Origin: Shigella phage ESh36
Sequence record: ON528746
Length of the DNA: 64,000 nt
Direction: 5' to 3' (one strand)
Below are positions 56,418-64,000 of this stretch, one piece after another; position 1 is the first letter of the stretch; every line of letters begins with the position of its first letter. The notes beneath the pieces were generated by a model. That model had not been told where the DNA came from and ran no database searches. It worked only from the letters and a program-made list of their open reading frames with translations. A program made the position numbers and the translations under genes.

Positions 56418-57386
56418 TTATTTCAGAAGAGTAACCTCAGCAATTTCTTCCCAACCGTTTTTGTCGGTCATAATAAAGTCAGCAAGATAAAGAGCAGTAC
56501 GCAGTGAAACATTGCGTAAACGATTAACATTAACTTTCATCCATGATAATGCTTTATAAGTTTCTTCATCAGAAAGACCGCGCTTTTGCATCATGTCAGT
56601 TGAAAGAATAACATCTTCAACCCTGACCATAATTTCTTCATTAGTGTGAACACCCAAATCTAAATAAACTGAGCGGGACACTAATGCTTGTAAATGTGGA
56701 GCAAGTTTAGTACCACGGTCTAATTCGCGGTCAATGTCAACGTTTGTGATAAAAACAATCGTTCCTTTAAATTCAAACTCACGCTCAATGCCTTTTTCTT
56801 CTAAGTAAGAAGATGCAGTGCTCCAGCAGACTTTACGGGTCTCTCCGGTGTCCAGAGCGGCTTTTAGAAGATTAAGAATGTCCATATCAGAGAAAACATC
56901 CACATCATCAATCAAAAGGACAGAATTCTCTTCACGATTATTCCAGAGCTGTTCATAAAGACCAATACCAGAGATTTTACCGTTAATGCTTTTATATTCA
57001 ATGTATCCCTTATCATTTGCTTTATTCAAAGCTTTATCTAAAGAATACGTTTTACCAATACCCGCCGCACCAGAGATAATTAATGAACGAATGTTTCCGT
57101 TAATAATACCATTCGTCATCATTCCCATAACATTAAATCTTTTATTAATGCGGGTTTTCATATCTTCATATGATTCTTTAACTTCTTCAACTTTTACACC
57201 ATCATATGAAATGTCTGATTTGTAAACCCAAACACCGCGACGCTTACCGTCAATTTCAACAAAAACTTTACCATCTCCTTGTGCATCTACCGGAGCATTA
57301 TCTGGGAACCATTCACCTAAGAGCTCAAAAGTTCCAGAGATTTCTTTACCGAAGTAGATACCCTTATTGATAGTTACAGTTTTCAT
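56418..57386 (-). CDS. P-loop NTPase (Walker A/B ATPase)
   Basis: Walker A GAAGIGKT and Walker B VLLIDDVD; ATG start MKTVTINK with GGAG SD. Confidence 0.55.
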   Translation of the reverse strand: MKTVTINKGIYFGKEISGTFELLGEWFPDNAPVDAQGDGKVFVEIDGKRRGVWVYKSDISYDGVKVEEVKESYEDMKTRINKRFNVMGMMTNGIINGNIRSLIISGAAGIGKTYSLDKALNKANDKGYIEYKSINGKISGIGLYEQLWNNREENSVLLIDDVDVFSDMDILNLLKAALDTGETRKVCWSTASSYLEEKGIEREFEFKGTIVFITNVDIDRELDRGTKLAPHLQALVSRSVYLDLGVHTNEEIMVRVEDVILSTDMMQKRGLSDEETYKALSWMKVNVNRLRNVSLRTALYLADFIMTDKNGWEEIAEVTLLK

Positions 57387-57422
57387 TTTATTCTCCAATC
57401 TCACATTTGTTTTGATAGGGTA

Positions 57423-57452
57423 ATAGTATCACACTACTACCCTTCTGTAAAC
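57423..57452 (-). promoter_or_regulatory. T4-type early promoter
   Basis: GTTTAC, 18 bp, TACTAT. Confidence 0.55.
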
Positions 57453-57455
57453 AAT

Positions 57456-57719
57456 TTATTTTAACGTTCGCCAAATTTTTACTGCTTCACGGCGAGATAC
57501 TTCTACAGCTCCAAGTTCTATAGCTTTTTGGCGTCGGCGAGCGTGTAAGTCATAATGTTTAATGCGTTTATCTTGAAACCAAGAACGTTTCATTCCTATT
57601 GCTTCTGCCATTTCATGAAGCTCTTCAATATCTCCATCAGTGAACATATGACAATTTTTAGTTGGATGACCGCGAAGTTTCCATCCATGATTCATTAAAA
57701 CATCTACGTAAACTGTCAT
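57456..57719 (-). CDS. hypothetical protein
   Basis: 87-aa ORF. Confidence 0.45.
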   Translation of the reverse strand: MTVYVDVLMNHGWKLRGHPTKNCHMFTDGDIEELHEMAEAIGMKRSWFQDKRIKHYDLHARRRQKAIELGAVEVSRREAVKIWRTLK

Positions 57720-57865
57720 TGATTCTTCTCCAAATAAGTTTCGATAATTTTCTGAGCGAGATAAACCGCGTTATCTTCAGTTGCGTCTTCTAAGAAACTT
57801 TCAAAACACTCTGAAATTTCTTCTGTGTCAATCAACTTTTTTACTTCAATTGGTGTAATTTTCAT
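57716..57865 (-). CDS. hypothetical small acidic protein
   Basis: ATG at 57865 (MKITPIEV) with GGAG SD and early promoter. Confidence 0.4.
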   Translation of the reverse strand: MKITPIEVKKLIDTEEISECFESFLEDATEDNAVYLAQKIIETYLEKNQ

Positions 57866-57899
57866 TTTATTCTCCAAATCCGTATCAGTTGATAGTTGT

Positions 57900-57929
57900 A
57901 TAGTACCATAAAGCTTTATGCTTGTAAAC
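57900..57929 (-). promoter_or_regulatory. T4-type early promoter
   Basis: GTTTAC, 18 bp, TACTAT; repeated cassette copy. Confidence 0.6.
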
Positions 57930-57955
57930 CACTTTGTGAAAAATTTTTGAAATAA

Positions 57956-57973
57956 AAAAGGAGCCCGAAGGCT
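57956..57973 (-). terminator. UUCG-tetraloop hairpin terminator
   Basis: mRNA GGAGCC-UUCG-GGCUCC followed by UUUUUU. Confidence 0.5.
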
Positions 57974-57978
57974 CCCTA

Positions 57979-58989
57979 TCATTTATAATAACTTCGGTGG
58001 TTTTCAAGATAAACCCTCTCAAGGAAGTCATCCCAAAAACCCATGTCTACTTTTTGCTGCATACCGTTCTTAGAAGCTTCAGTAGATGCTGCTTCTACTT
58101 GATCGACCACATCTTCCAAAAACTCTTGAACCGTTTTAAATGGATGCTTACCCAACTTCACGTCGAGAATAAAGGGAGCATCTTGGAGTGGATAAATCAA
58201 GTCGCCAGTTTTGTAAATTTCCAATAGTTGAAGTCCACCACGACAAGCATGGCTCAGAGCTTTCCAGTCAATGCCTTCGTTGGCTTCGGCTTTACGAGCA
58301 CGTTCACCGTATTCAGCATCTAATTTGTTCAGTGACTGCTTAAGCTCAATAAGAGAAAGCGTTGTCTGATATTTACGACCCAACACAGTGTAGAACGTTT
58401 GTGGACCTGTTTTCTCATGATTATGGAATACCCATTCACAGAATTCGTTCTCTGGAAGACGATGCTTAATATCTTCAACTTTAGTACGACGCTGCTTAAT
58501 GGAACCGTCTTCTTGGTAATCAATCCACTGCTCAGGGATTTGATTAACTACTTTCAATACATCACGTAATGCAGCCAAACGAGAACCCTTAACGCCGTAT
58601 TTAGAAGCTTGCTTGCGAACATATCCTAAATAGGATTTCATGTTAGTCGTATAAAAACGAGAACGGTTGTCTTGAATAAACTTCCACACATCAGGCAAAT
58701 CAGATTTAACCACTAGTTCAGGTGGAGTGTGAAGCATATCTAATGCTACAGTTTCACCATCTGCTGCTAATTTAAAGAAATATTTAAGACTGTATAGTTC
58801 ATGGTCAATATCATCTTTAGTGTTTTTAGATGATGTGTTGTTAGTATTTTTACTCATGTGCTCTTTAACATTTCCAATAAGAATATCGCGAGCAGGAGGA
58901 ACAAAGATTTCTTTAAAATCTACATCAGATTCTGGAGTAGAAGTTCCATAAAGATGACTACCAAAATAAGACTTAACTACAGTTTTCAT
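57979..58989 (-). CDS. nucleotidyltransferase-fold protein (Pol beta superfamily motif)
   Basis: N-terminal YFGSHLYGTSTPESDVDFKEIFV resembles the GS-x9-DxD NTase signature. Confidence 0.5.
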   Translation of the reverse strand: MKTVVKSYFGSHLYGTSTPESDVDFKEIFVPPARDILIGNVKEHMSKNTNNTSSKNTKDDIDHELYSLKYFFKLAADGETVALDMLHTPPELVVKSDLPDVWKFIQDNRSRFYTTNMKSYLGYVRKQASKYGVKGSRLAALRDVLKVVNQIPEQWIDYQEDGSIKQRRTKVEDIKHRLPENEFCEWVFHNHEKTGPQTFYTVLGRKYQTTLSLIELKQSLNKLDAEYGERARKAEANEGIDWKALSHACRGGLQLLEIYKTGDLIYPLQDAPFILDVKLGKHPFKTVQEFLEDVVDQVEAASTEASKNGMQQKVDMGFWDDFLERVYLENHRSYYK

Positions 58990-59462
58990 TATTCAGCCTT
59001 ATATTCAATAACAGGACATACTTTAGCTTTACGAGCTTTTAAAAATTCAACGATAATCGATTTCTTGGGTTGAATAGGAGGTAAACCTTTATACGCCCTA
59101 TCAATATTTTCTATGTGTAAAGCATAATCCTTTTTCCATTTATAATCTTTATATTTTTCATACAAATGCGCAGGAATAACAAATGAACCGATAATAAGTA
59201 AAACAACCAAAAGCGCAAGTATAAATGCTGATGGAAGAAGAGTCCATAAACTACCGAAAATAAGCCAACGTTGTAGGCTTTCTGCACAAATAATTGTTAG
59301 ACCTGCGAGTATAGTACATCCGAAAAAAGAAACGAAAAATGTAGGGATAACAATAGACCAAAAGTATGCACACAGTGTCTTAGGTCGTTTCCATTCATCG
59401 TTAAACAGTTTGAATAATTTATAGTGCCAAGAGTTTTCATTAATAATCATAATTATAATCAT
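58989..59462 (-). CDS. membrane protein
   Basis: 157-aa ORF with several hydrophobic segments. Confidence 0.45.
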   Translation of the reverse strand: MIIIMIINENSWHYKLFKLFNDEWKRPKTLCAYFWSIVIPTFFVSFFGCTILAGLTIICAESLQRWLIFGSLWTLLPSAFILALLVVLLIIGSFVIPAHLYEKYKDYKWKKDYALHIENIDRAYKGLPPIQPKKSIIVEFLKARKAKVCPVIEYKAE

Positions 59463-59980
59463 CCTTTCATTGAAGGTGTAACAGTTGTTAAATACTTAAT
59501 CATAGCCTCAGCTTCTGATTTTGATAATGAAATTTCTTCATTGTTTTGACGAATAGAAATAAAATCCGGATGACGGTCACCACCAGCTTTTAAAACACAC
59601 ATATAAGTATCAGTTTCATCTTCAATATTTGAAATGATTGAAGCAGTTCCACATGAATGCGGTTTTTGATAAATCAATACAGCTTTTCTTCCGCCATTTG
59701 ACTGTTCATAAACTTTTAACACATCAAACAAATCGCTTCTTTTATCAATAGCTAAGATGTTGTTTTCATCTTCAATATTAAATCCTTCGGATACTTCATA
59801 AAGTGTCACCCATAAATCACCAATATCAATAACAGCGTTCACTTTTCCATGACTTTCAAGAGCATTACAAATTTTCTTAATTTCATCATAACTCATTTTA
59901 ATAATATCATCTCCTTGAATAAGGAAGATGTCATTTTTAAATTCAACACGAATTAAACCACTTCCACTTGAAATAAACAT
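59459..59980 (-). CDS. hypothetical protein (paralog pair member)
   Basis: 173-aa ORF; C-terminus SKSEAEAMIKYLTTVTPSM similar to next ORF. Confidence 0.45.
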   Translation of the reverse strand: MFISSGSGLIRVEFKNDIFLIQGDDIIKMSYDEIKKICNALESHGKVNAVIDIGDLWVTLYEVSEGFNIEDENNILAIDKRSDLFDVLKVYEQSNGGRKAVLIYQKPHSCGTASIISNIEDETDTYMCVLKAGGDRHPDFISIRQNNEEISLSKSEAEAMIKYLTTVTPSMKG

Positions 59981-59986
59981 ATTTCC

Positions 59987-60541
59987 TCACTTTGAAATCA
60001 TAATTGGAATGACAGAATCGAGATAAGTCTTTAGCGCAATAGCTTCGTCTTTGGTAAATGTGACAATATACGATCGAAAATCATCAATTTGACGAATAGT
60101 TAAGACATCACCATCTTCATAGCATTTTGAAACATTTAAAATAGTTTCATCATTCTGATTACAGGAGTTAGTAATAATAGCATTACATTTTTTAAACCAT
60201 TTTAAATTATGTTTTCTTTTAGTAGAATCATAAAAATATTTAATGTTAGTTATAAAATTATCCCAATTATTAATTGATAAGCACATTGACTCGCTTTTAA
60301 TATTAAATCCTGGGCATGAAGAATAAAAATTAATTTTATGCTCATCATTAATGCTTACAATTTTATCAGTGTAAGCATATTCAATTTGGGTTAAACGAAC
60401 AATTTCACTAAACGTAAAATATAACATATCGTCTTCTTGCGTCAAACGATACATGTTATTTACTTTTTCTATAGCCAATTCACCAAAAAGCGGACTAACT
60501 TCTAATACTAATCGTTTCATATTAATCCTTTTTATTGGCAC
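59987..60541 (-). CDS. hypothetical protein (paralog pair member)
   Basis: 184-aa ORF; C-terminus TKDEAIALKTYLDSVIPIM. Confidence 0.45.
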   Translation of the reverse strand: MPIKRINMKRLVLEVSPLFGELAIEKVNNMYRLTQEDDMLYFTFSEIVRLTQIEYAYTDKIVSINDEHKINFYSSCPGFNIKSESMCLSINNWDNFITNIKYFYDSTKRKHNLKWFKKCNAIITNSCNQNDETILNVSKCYEDGDVLTIRQIDDFRSYIVTFTKDEAIALKTYLDSVIPIMISK

Positions 60542-60800
60542 GAATTTGTTCTAAAATTTTAGAGTATTCCTTTGTATCAGATTTACGTACAATCGATACA
60601 CTATACGGCATACTATCGGTGTCTTTTATAAAGCGTTCCAAATGACATTCTAATAAAATTTCTGGATTATAAATCGTGTACATCAAATTACCTGTTGCTC
60701 CACGATATTGACAGACTTCTACTGATTGAACACCATTCCATAATTTTGTTAAGACCAAATCACCTACTTCTAATTTAGGAAAGCCCATGTTATTCACCAA
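60522..60800 (-). CDS. hypothetical protein
   Basis: 92-aa ORF. Confidence 0.45.
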   Translation of the reverse strand: MVNNMGFPKLEVGDLVLTKLWNGVQSVEVCQYRGATGNLMYTIYNPEILLECHLERFIKDTDSMPYSVSIVRKSDTKEYSKILEQIRANKKD

Positions 60801-60975
60801 TTAAAGTTTCAATATAAGAATCAAGATTTACTTTAGCTTCTTCCATAAGAGTTTTGTATTTAATCTTGTTAGCATGTCCGGAGAAAGCTGATTCATCAAT
60901 AACTGTTGCTGTATGAACAGCTTTGCTATATGTTTCAATTAATTCTTTTAATTTAAAAGCCTGCTCACTTGTCAT
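60790..60975 (-). CDS. small helical protein (small-paralog family)
   Basis: 61-aa ORF beginning MTSEQAFKLKELIE. Confidence 0.4.
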   Translation of the reverse strand: MTSEQAFKLKELIETYSKAVHTATVIDESAFSGHANKIKYKTLMEEAKVNLDSYIETLIGE

Positions 60976-61107
60976 TACATACTCCTTTGAATAATATCAA
61001 TAATGTTGTTCACCAGATTATAAGTAAACATTGGGTAATTATATTGAATCATCACATACACAACAAACAAAACTTTCATTCTCTTCTCCTTGGCAGTTGA
61101 CAAGATT

Positions 61108-61137
61108 ACTATACCATAACCTTGCCAACTTGTAAAC
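61108..61137 (-). promoter_or_regulatory. T4-type early promoter
   Basis: GTTTAC, 18 bp, TATAGT. Confidence 0.55.
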
Positions 61138-61139
61138 CA

Positions 61140-61313
61140 TTAAATGACGTTTTCAATAAAATTCTGAAGCTTTGTGTGAGCATCAACCATGATTTTCATT
61201 TCTTCTTTTGCGAAAGCTGTACCTCTTTCACGAGAAGAACATTCATAGTCAGAAACTGCATTAGCATATTCTTCAATTAGCTTCATTAAAAACATCTGCT
61301 TTTCAGTTTTCAT
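61140..61313 (-). CDS. small helical protein (small-paralog family)
   Basis: 57-codon ORF below threshold: MKTEKQMFLMKLIEEYANAV. Confidence 0.35.
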   Translation of the reverse strand: MKTEKQMFLMKLIEEYANAVSDYECSSRERGTAFAKEEMKIMVDAHTKLQNFIENVI

Positions 61314-61497
61314 TATTCCACCTAATCATTTCAAGATATTGAACTAACTTAGCTTTAGATTTATCCAAATCCTTTTTAGCTGCTTCTATACCATCGTATG
61401 AATATCCTTCACAATGCTCAACTGCTAATTGATATGAATCTATTTCAATATCACGTGCTAATTTAATGATTTTTTCAAACTGTTCGCGTGTTAGCAT
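61303..61497 (-). CDS. small helical protein (small-paralog family)
   Basis: 64-aa ORF: MLTREQFEKIIKLARDI. Confidence 0.4.
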   Translation of the reverse strand: MLTREQFEKIIKLARDIEIDSYQLAVEHCEGYSYDGIEAAKKDLDKSKAKLVQYLEMIRWNNEN

Positions 61498-61499
61498 AC

Positions 61500-61739
61500 T
61501 TACACTCTCGTATTATGATCGATAATTTCATCAAGAAACATATCTAACGCTTCTATAGCATTATCCACTTTAGTTTCAAAGTCTTTAATGCCTTTATTCG
61601 AAATACCCGATGAATACCAAGCAAAGTCAATCAGCTCTTCATCTGCTTTACGAATTGAAGCCACTAATTCCTTGATTTTATCTGCTTGCTCTATACTAAT
61701 CATTATTCCACCACATATGACAGAGAGAATATTGCACAC
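61500..61739 (-). CDS. small helical protein (small-paralog family)
   Basis: 79-aa ORF containing [16 protein letters not shown]. Confidence 0.4.
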   Translation of the reverse strand: MCNILSVICGGIMISIEQADKIKELVASIRKADEELIDFAWYSSGISNKGIKDFETKVDNAIEALDMFLDEIIDHNTRV

Positions 61740-61879
61740 GCCATGTGAATTGCAACTTCATCACACATATCATAACGTTTCTTAAGAAGTTCTACAAGTT
61801 CTTCACTAGTGACTTCATCCATGTCGACGAAAAAATCACCATTAATGATGACATAGCGATTAAGTGCTTCAATTTTCAT
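61703..61879 (-). CDS. hypothetical small protein
   Basis: ATG at 61879 (MKIEALNRY) with GAGGAG SD and early promoter. Confidence 0.4.
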   Translation of the reverse strand: MKIEALNRYVIINGDFFVDMDEVTSEELVELLKKRYDMCDEVAIHMACAIFSLSYVVE

Positions 61880-61907
61880 GATGTTCTCCTCTTTATCCGA
61901 TGGTTGT

Positions 61908-61937
61908 ATAGTACCACAGCTCAAACGTAAAGTAAAC
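61908..61937 (-). promoter_or_regulatory. T4-type early promoter
   Basis: GTTTAC, 18 bp, TACTAT. Confidence 0.55.
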
Positions 61938-61945
61938 CGGTAAAA

Positions 61946-61963
61946 TGAAAAAAGTCTCCCGAA
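61946..61963 (-). terminator. UUCG-tetraloop hairpin terminator
   Basis: mRNA GUCUCC-UUCG-GGAGAC followed by UUUUUU. Confidence 0.5.
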
Positions 61964-61974
61964 GGAGACTAACG

Positions 61975-62361
61975 TTATTCGAGGGAAAGAAGATACTTAC
62001 TCTGGTAAAACATTCCAGTAATATCATCTATCGTGCTTTGGATGGCTGGAGGCATTTCTTTATAAATGCTGTTAGATTGGTCTAGTATGCGATCAATCAT
62101 TTTAATTGTGTCGGTAGGAAGTTTACTAGCATCTGGAATTGAAGGTGTGTATTTTCTACCAGAATACCCCAAATATTGCTCACCAAATTTATCAATCAAA
62201 TCTGGCAACTCGGAGAAAATAAAATCGTATGCTTTGTGTCTAGCATAACTTTTAGTTTCAAAATGCGCAGAATGAAAATAAGCTTGTGCAGCCATTAATA
62301 AACCTAAGTATTCATCTGCCTTTGAAGGTTTTCCACTTTGTGAAAAGTCGCTGAATTTCAT
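61975..62361 (-). CDS. hypothetical protein (rI.1 position)
   Basis: 128-aa ORF immediately downstream of rI. Confidence 0.45.
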   Translation of the reverse strand: MKFSDFSQSGKPSKADEYLGLLMAAQAYFHSAHFETKSYARHKAYDFIFSELPDLIDKFGEQYLGYSGRKYTPSIPDASKLPTDTIKMIDRILDQSNSIYKEMPPAIQSTIDDITGMFYQSKYLLSLE

Positions 62362-62651
62362 TCAGTCTCCAATTTAATGTTCATAATTCTAGCGTATGAT
62401 TGTGCCATCTCCGCGCCTCGCTCTATACATTCAAAATCGGAAGAGCACGGGTCATTTTTATAAGTCGTTCGCATAAAACTATAGAACTGTTCAGATGATT
62501 CTACGCTTTTATTTTCAAAAAGCATATAAACGTGTCTAATACCAGATTCCATAAATTTATCAAAATGAGGATCGACATTCGCTTCAATTGGTGGAGATAA
62601 AGCAAACGCTAATCCTAGCATGGCAAATAGTGCCGTTGCTTTTAAGGCCAT
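62358..62651 (-). CDS. rI: lysis inhibition regulator RI (periplasmic antiholin)
   Basis: 97-aa ORF with N-terminal signal/SAR-like segment MALKATALFAMLGLAFALS; size and position next to tk match T4 rI. Confidence 0.7.
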   Translation of the reverse strand: MALKATALFAMLGLAFALSPPIEANVDPHFDKFMESGIRHVYMLFENKSVESSEQFYSFMRTTYKNDPCSSDFECIERGAEMAQSYARIMNIKLETE

Positions 62652-62663
62652 AAAGGCCTCCTA

Positions 62664-62876
62664 TCATTTTTGTCCTGTATTTACTTTATGCCGATGCACG
62701 GCCTTAACTTTATCAAGGTATTTTTCAAAATTTCGCAATCTAGTATAGTCTGCCGGAGATTGGTTGAGTGATACTTCTCGACGCAAAGCTGAAATGATAT
62801 TTCCAACTTCCCTACGAATTTCATCTAATTGAAGAACAGTAAGATTGCGAAGTTGCTTTTCAGTTAATTGTAGCAT
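62664..62876 (-). CDS. hypothetical protein (rI.-1 position)
   Basis: 70-aa ORF preceded by a late promoter. Confidence 0.45.
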
Positions 62877-62901
62877 ATATACCCCTTTAGTTAGATAAAC
62901 C

Positions 62902-62909
62902 TATTTATA
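62902..62909 (-). promoter_or_regulatory. T4 late promoter TATAAATA
   Basis: Exact TATAAATA on minus strand about 25 nt upstream of ATG at 62876. Confidence 0.5.
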
Positions 62910-62918
62910 ACTTTTGCA

Positions 62919-63500
62919 CTAACCGAGCTTTTTAGTTAATTCATTCCAATGTTTTCTACACAAAGAAACATAAATTTCATCACCAATACAGATTTGATTA
63001 CCTTCTTTAACTGGTGTTCCATCTTCCATTAATCGAGCTGTCATAATAGCTTTTTTACCACAATGACAAACTGCCTTTAGTTCAATAAGTTTATCTGCAA
63101 TCGCCAAAAGTTCTTTAGAACCTTCAAACAATTTTCCAGCGAAATCAGTCCTTAGCCCATAAGCCATAACAGGAACATTATATGTATCAACAATTCGACT
63201 TAATTGATGCACCTGTTCAGTTTTTAAAAACTGAGCTTCATCTACAAATACACAATGAATATCTTTTTGTGCTTCAGCCCATTTATAGAACTCAAAAATA
63301 TCCATATCATCCGTAATAATATTCGCTTCCTGCTTAATTCCAATGCGAGAAACGACTTCACAGACAGAATCGCGAGTATCAATAGCAGGCTTAAGAACTA
63401 ATACACTCATTCCGCGTTCTTTATAATTATGTGCAGCAGTCAAAAGAGAAGCAGATTTTCCAGCATTCATTGCTGCGTAAGTAAAAATTAAACTCGCCAT
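62919..63500 (-). CDS. tk: thymidine kinase
   Basis: 193-aa ORF with P-loop AAMNAGKS and C-terminal zinc ribbon. Confidence 0.9.
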   Translation of the reverse strand: MASLIFTYAAMNAGKSASLLTAAHNYKERGMSVLVLKPAIDTRDSVCEVVSRIGIKQEANIITDDMDIFEFYKWAEAQKDIHCVFVDEAQFLKTEQVHQLSRIVDTYNVPVMAYGLRTDFAGKLFEGSKELLAIADKLIELKAVCHCGKKAIMTARLMEDGTPVKEGNQICIGDEIYVSLCRKHWNELTKKLG

Positions 63501-63509
63501 ATCACCTTC

Positions 63510-63695
63510 TTAAAGCATATTCACATAAGCTATTAATTCGTTTTCTTTCTTATCAAACCGATCAGCAAATTCTTCCTGCTGTTCAGGAGATAGCGGGCCG
63601 TATTCATCATAAAAGGTGTTTGCTTCTGTATGCTCATCTAGAAGTTCATGGATAAGCTCAAACAATTTATCTTTTTGTTCTTTACTCAGACTCAT
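63510..63695 (-). CDS. hypothetical protein
   Basis: 61-aa acidic ORF upstream of tk. Confidence 0.45.
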   Translation of the reverse strand: MSLSKEQKDKLFELIHELLDEHTEANTFYDEYGPLSPEQQEEFADRFDKKENELIAYVNML

Positions 63696-64000
63696 GTATT
63701 AATTTCCAGGAGTTTTAAAATAATTCGCTTTTGCTTAAATATTTCCATGGTTAAATGACCAGTATCTTTTTGACCGATTCCAATGGCAAAACCTTTATTG
63801 ACAGCGAGTTCAATTAAATTATCAAGCTCACGTAACACTTCATATTGTAACTCAAAACTATTCATTTTGGTTTACCTTCTTTAACGAAATCAGGATAAGG
63901 ATAAAATCCTGAATAAAATCCTTCACCTTTATGATTGATGCATCCTTTATTAGAACAATAGCACCAATAATCGAAATCACAAGCCATTTCATCATTACAT

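Noticed and set aside
1-64000. CRISPR arrays, tRNA/rRNA genes, integrase or other temperate-phage features
   Set aside because: No spacer-repeat arrays, no tRNA-like cloverleaf regions and no recombinase motifs seen; gene content is that of a lytic T4-like phage early region

Overview
This window is about 64 kb of a T4-like (Tevenvirinae) myovirus early/middle region, with nearly every gene on the minus strand. Recognisable gene order (high to low coordinate) is tk, rI, a large block of nrdC-region accessory ORFs, nrdC, gene 49, nrdD/nrdG/nrdH, gene 55, alpha-gt, 47/46, rpbA, 45, 44/62, regA, 43, imm, 42, a glycosyltransferase, segA, uvsX, 40, 41, dmd, sp, 61, 56, soc, modB/modA, srd, dda, dexA, motB, cef, topoisomerase gene 39, mobA, gene 60, rIIA, rIIB, denB. 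Calls rest on protein motifs and on recalled T4 gene sizes and order; no database search was run, and coordinates of non-CDS features are hand-counted (expect +/- 1-3 nt). The standout finding is that helicase gene 41 is fractured into two separately translated pieces carrying split-intein halves, with a free-standing EDxHD/Vsr-like homing endonuclease gene between them. Also present are the gene 60 50-nt translational bypass with the mobA HNH cassette, the gene 43 translational operator, about 19 near-identical early promoters, UUCG-tetraloop hairpins, a 46-bp direct repeat bounding a partial gene duplication, several tandem paralog arrays, and a GT-A-type glycosyltransferase where T4 has beta-gt. 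The phage looks like a mosaic relative of T4 rather than T4 itself. No tRNA, CRISPR or integrase was seen.
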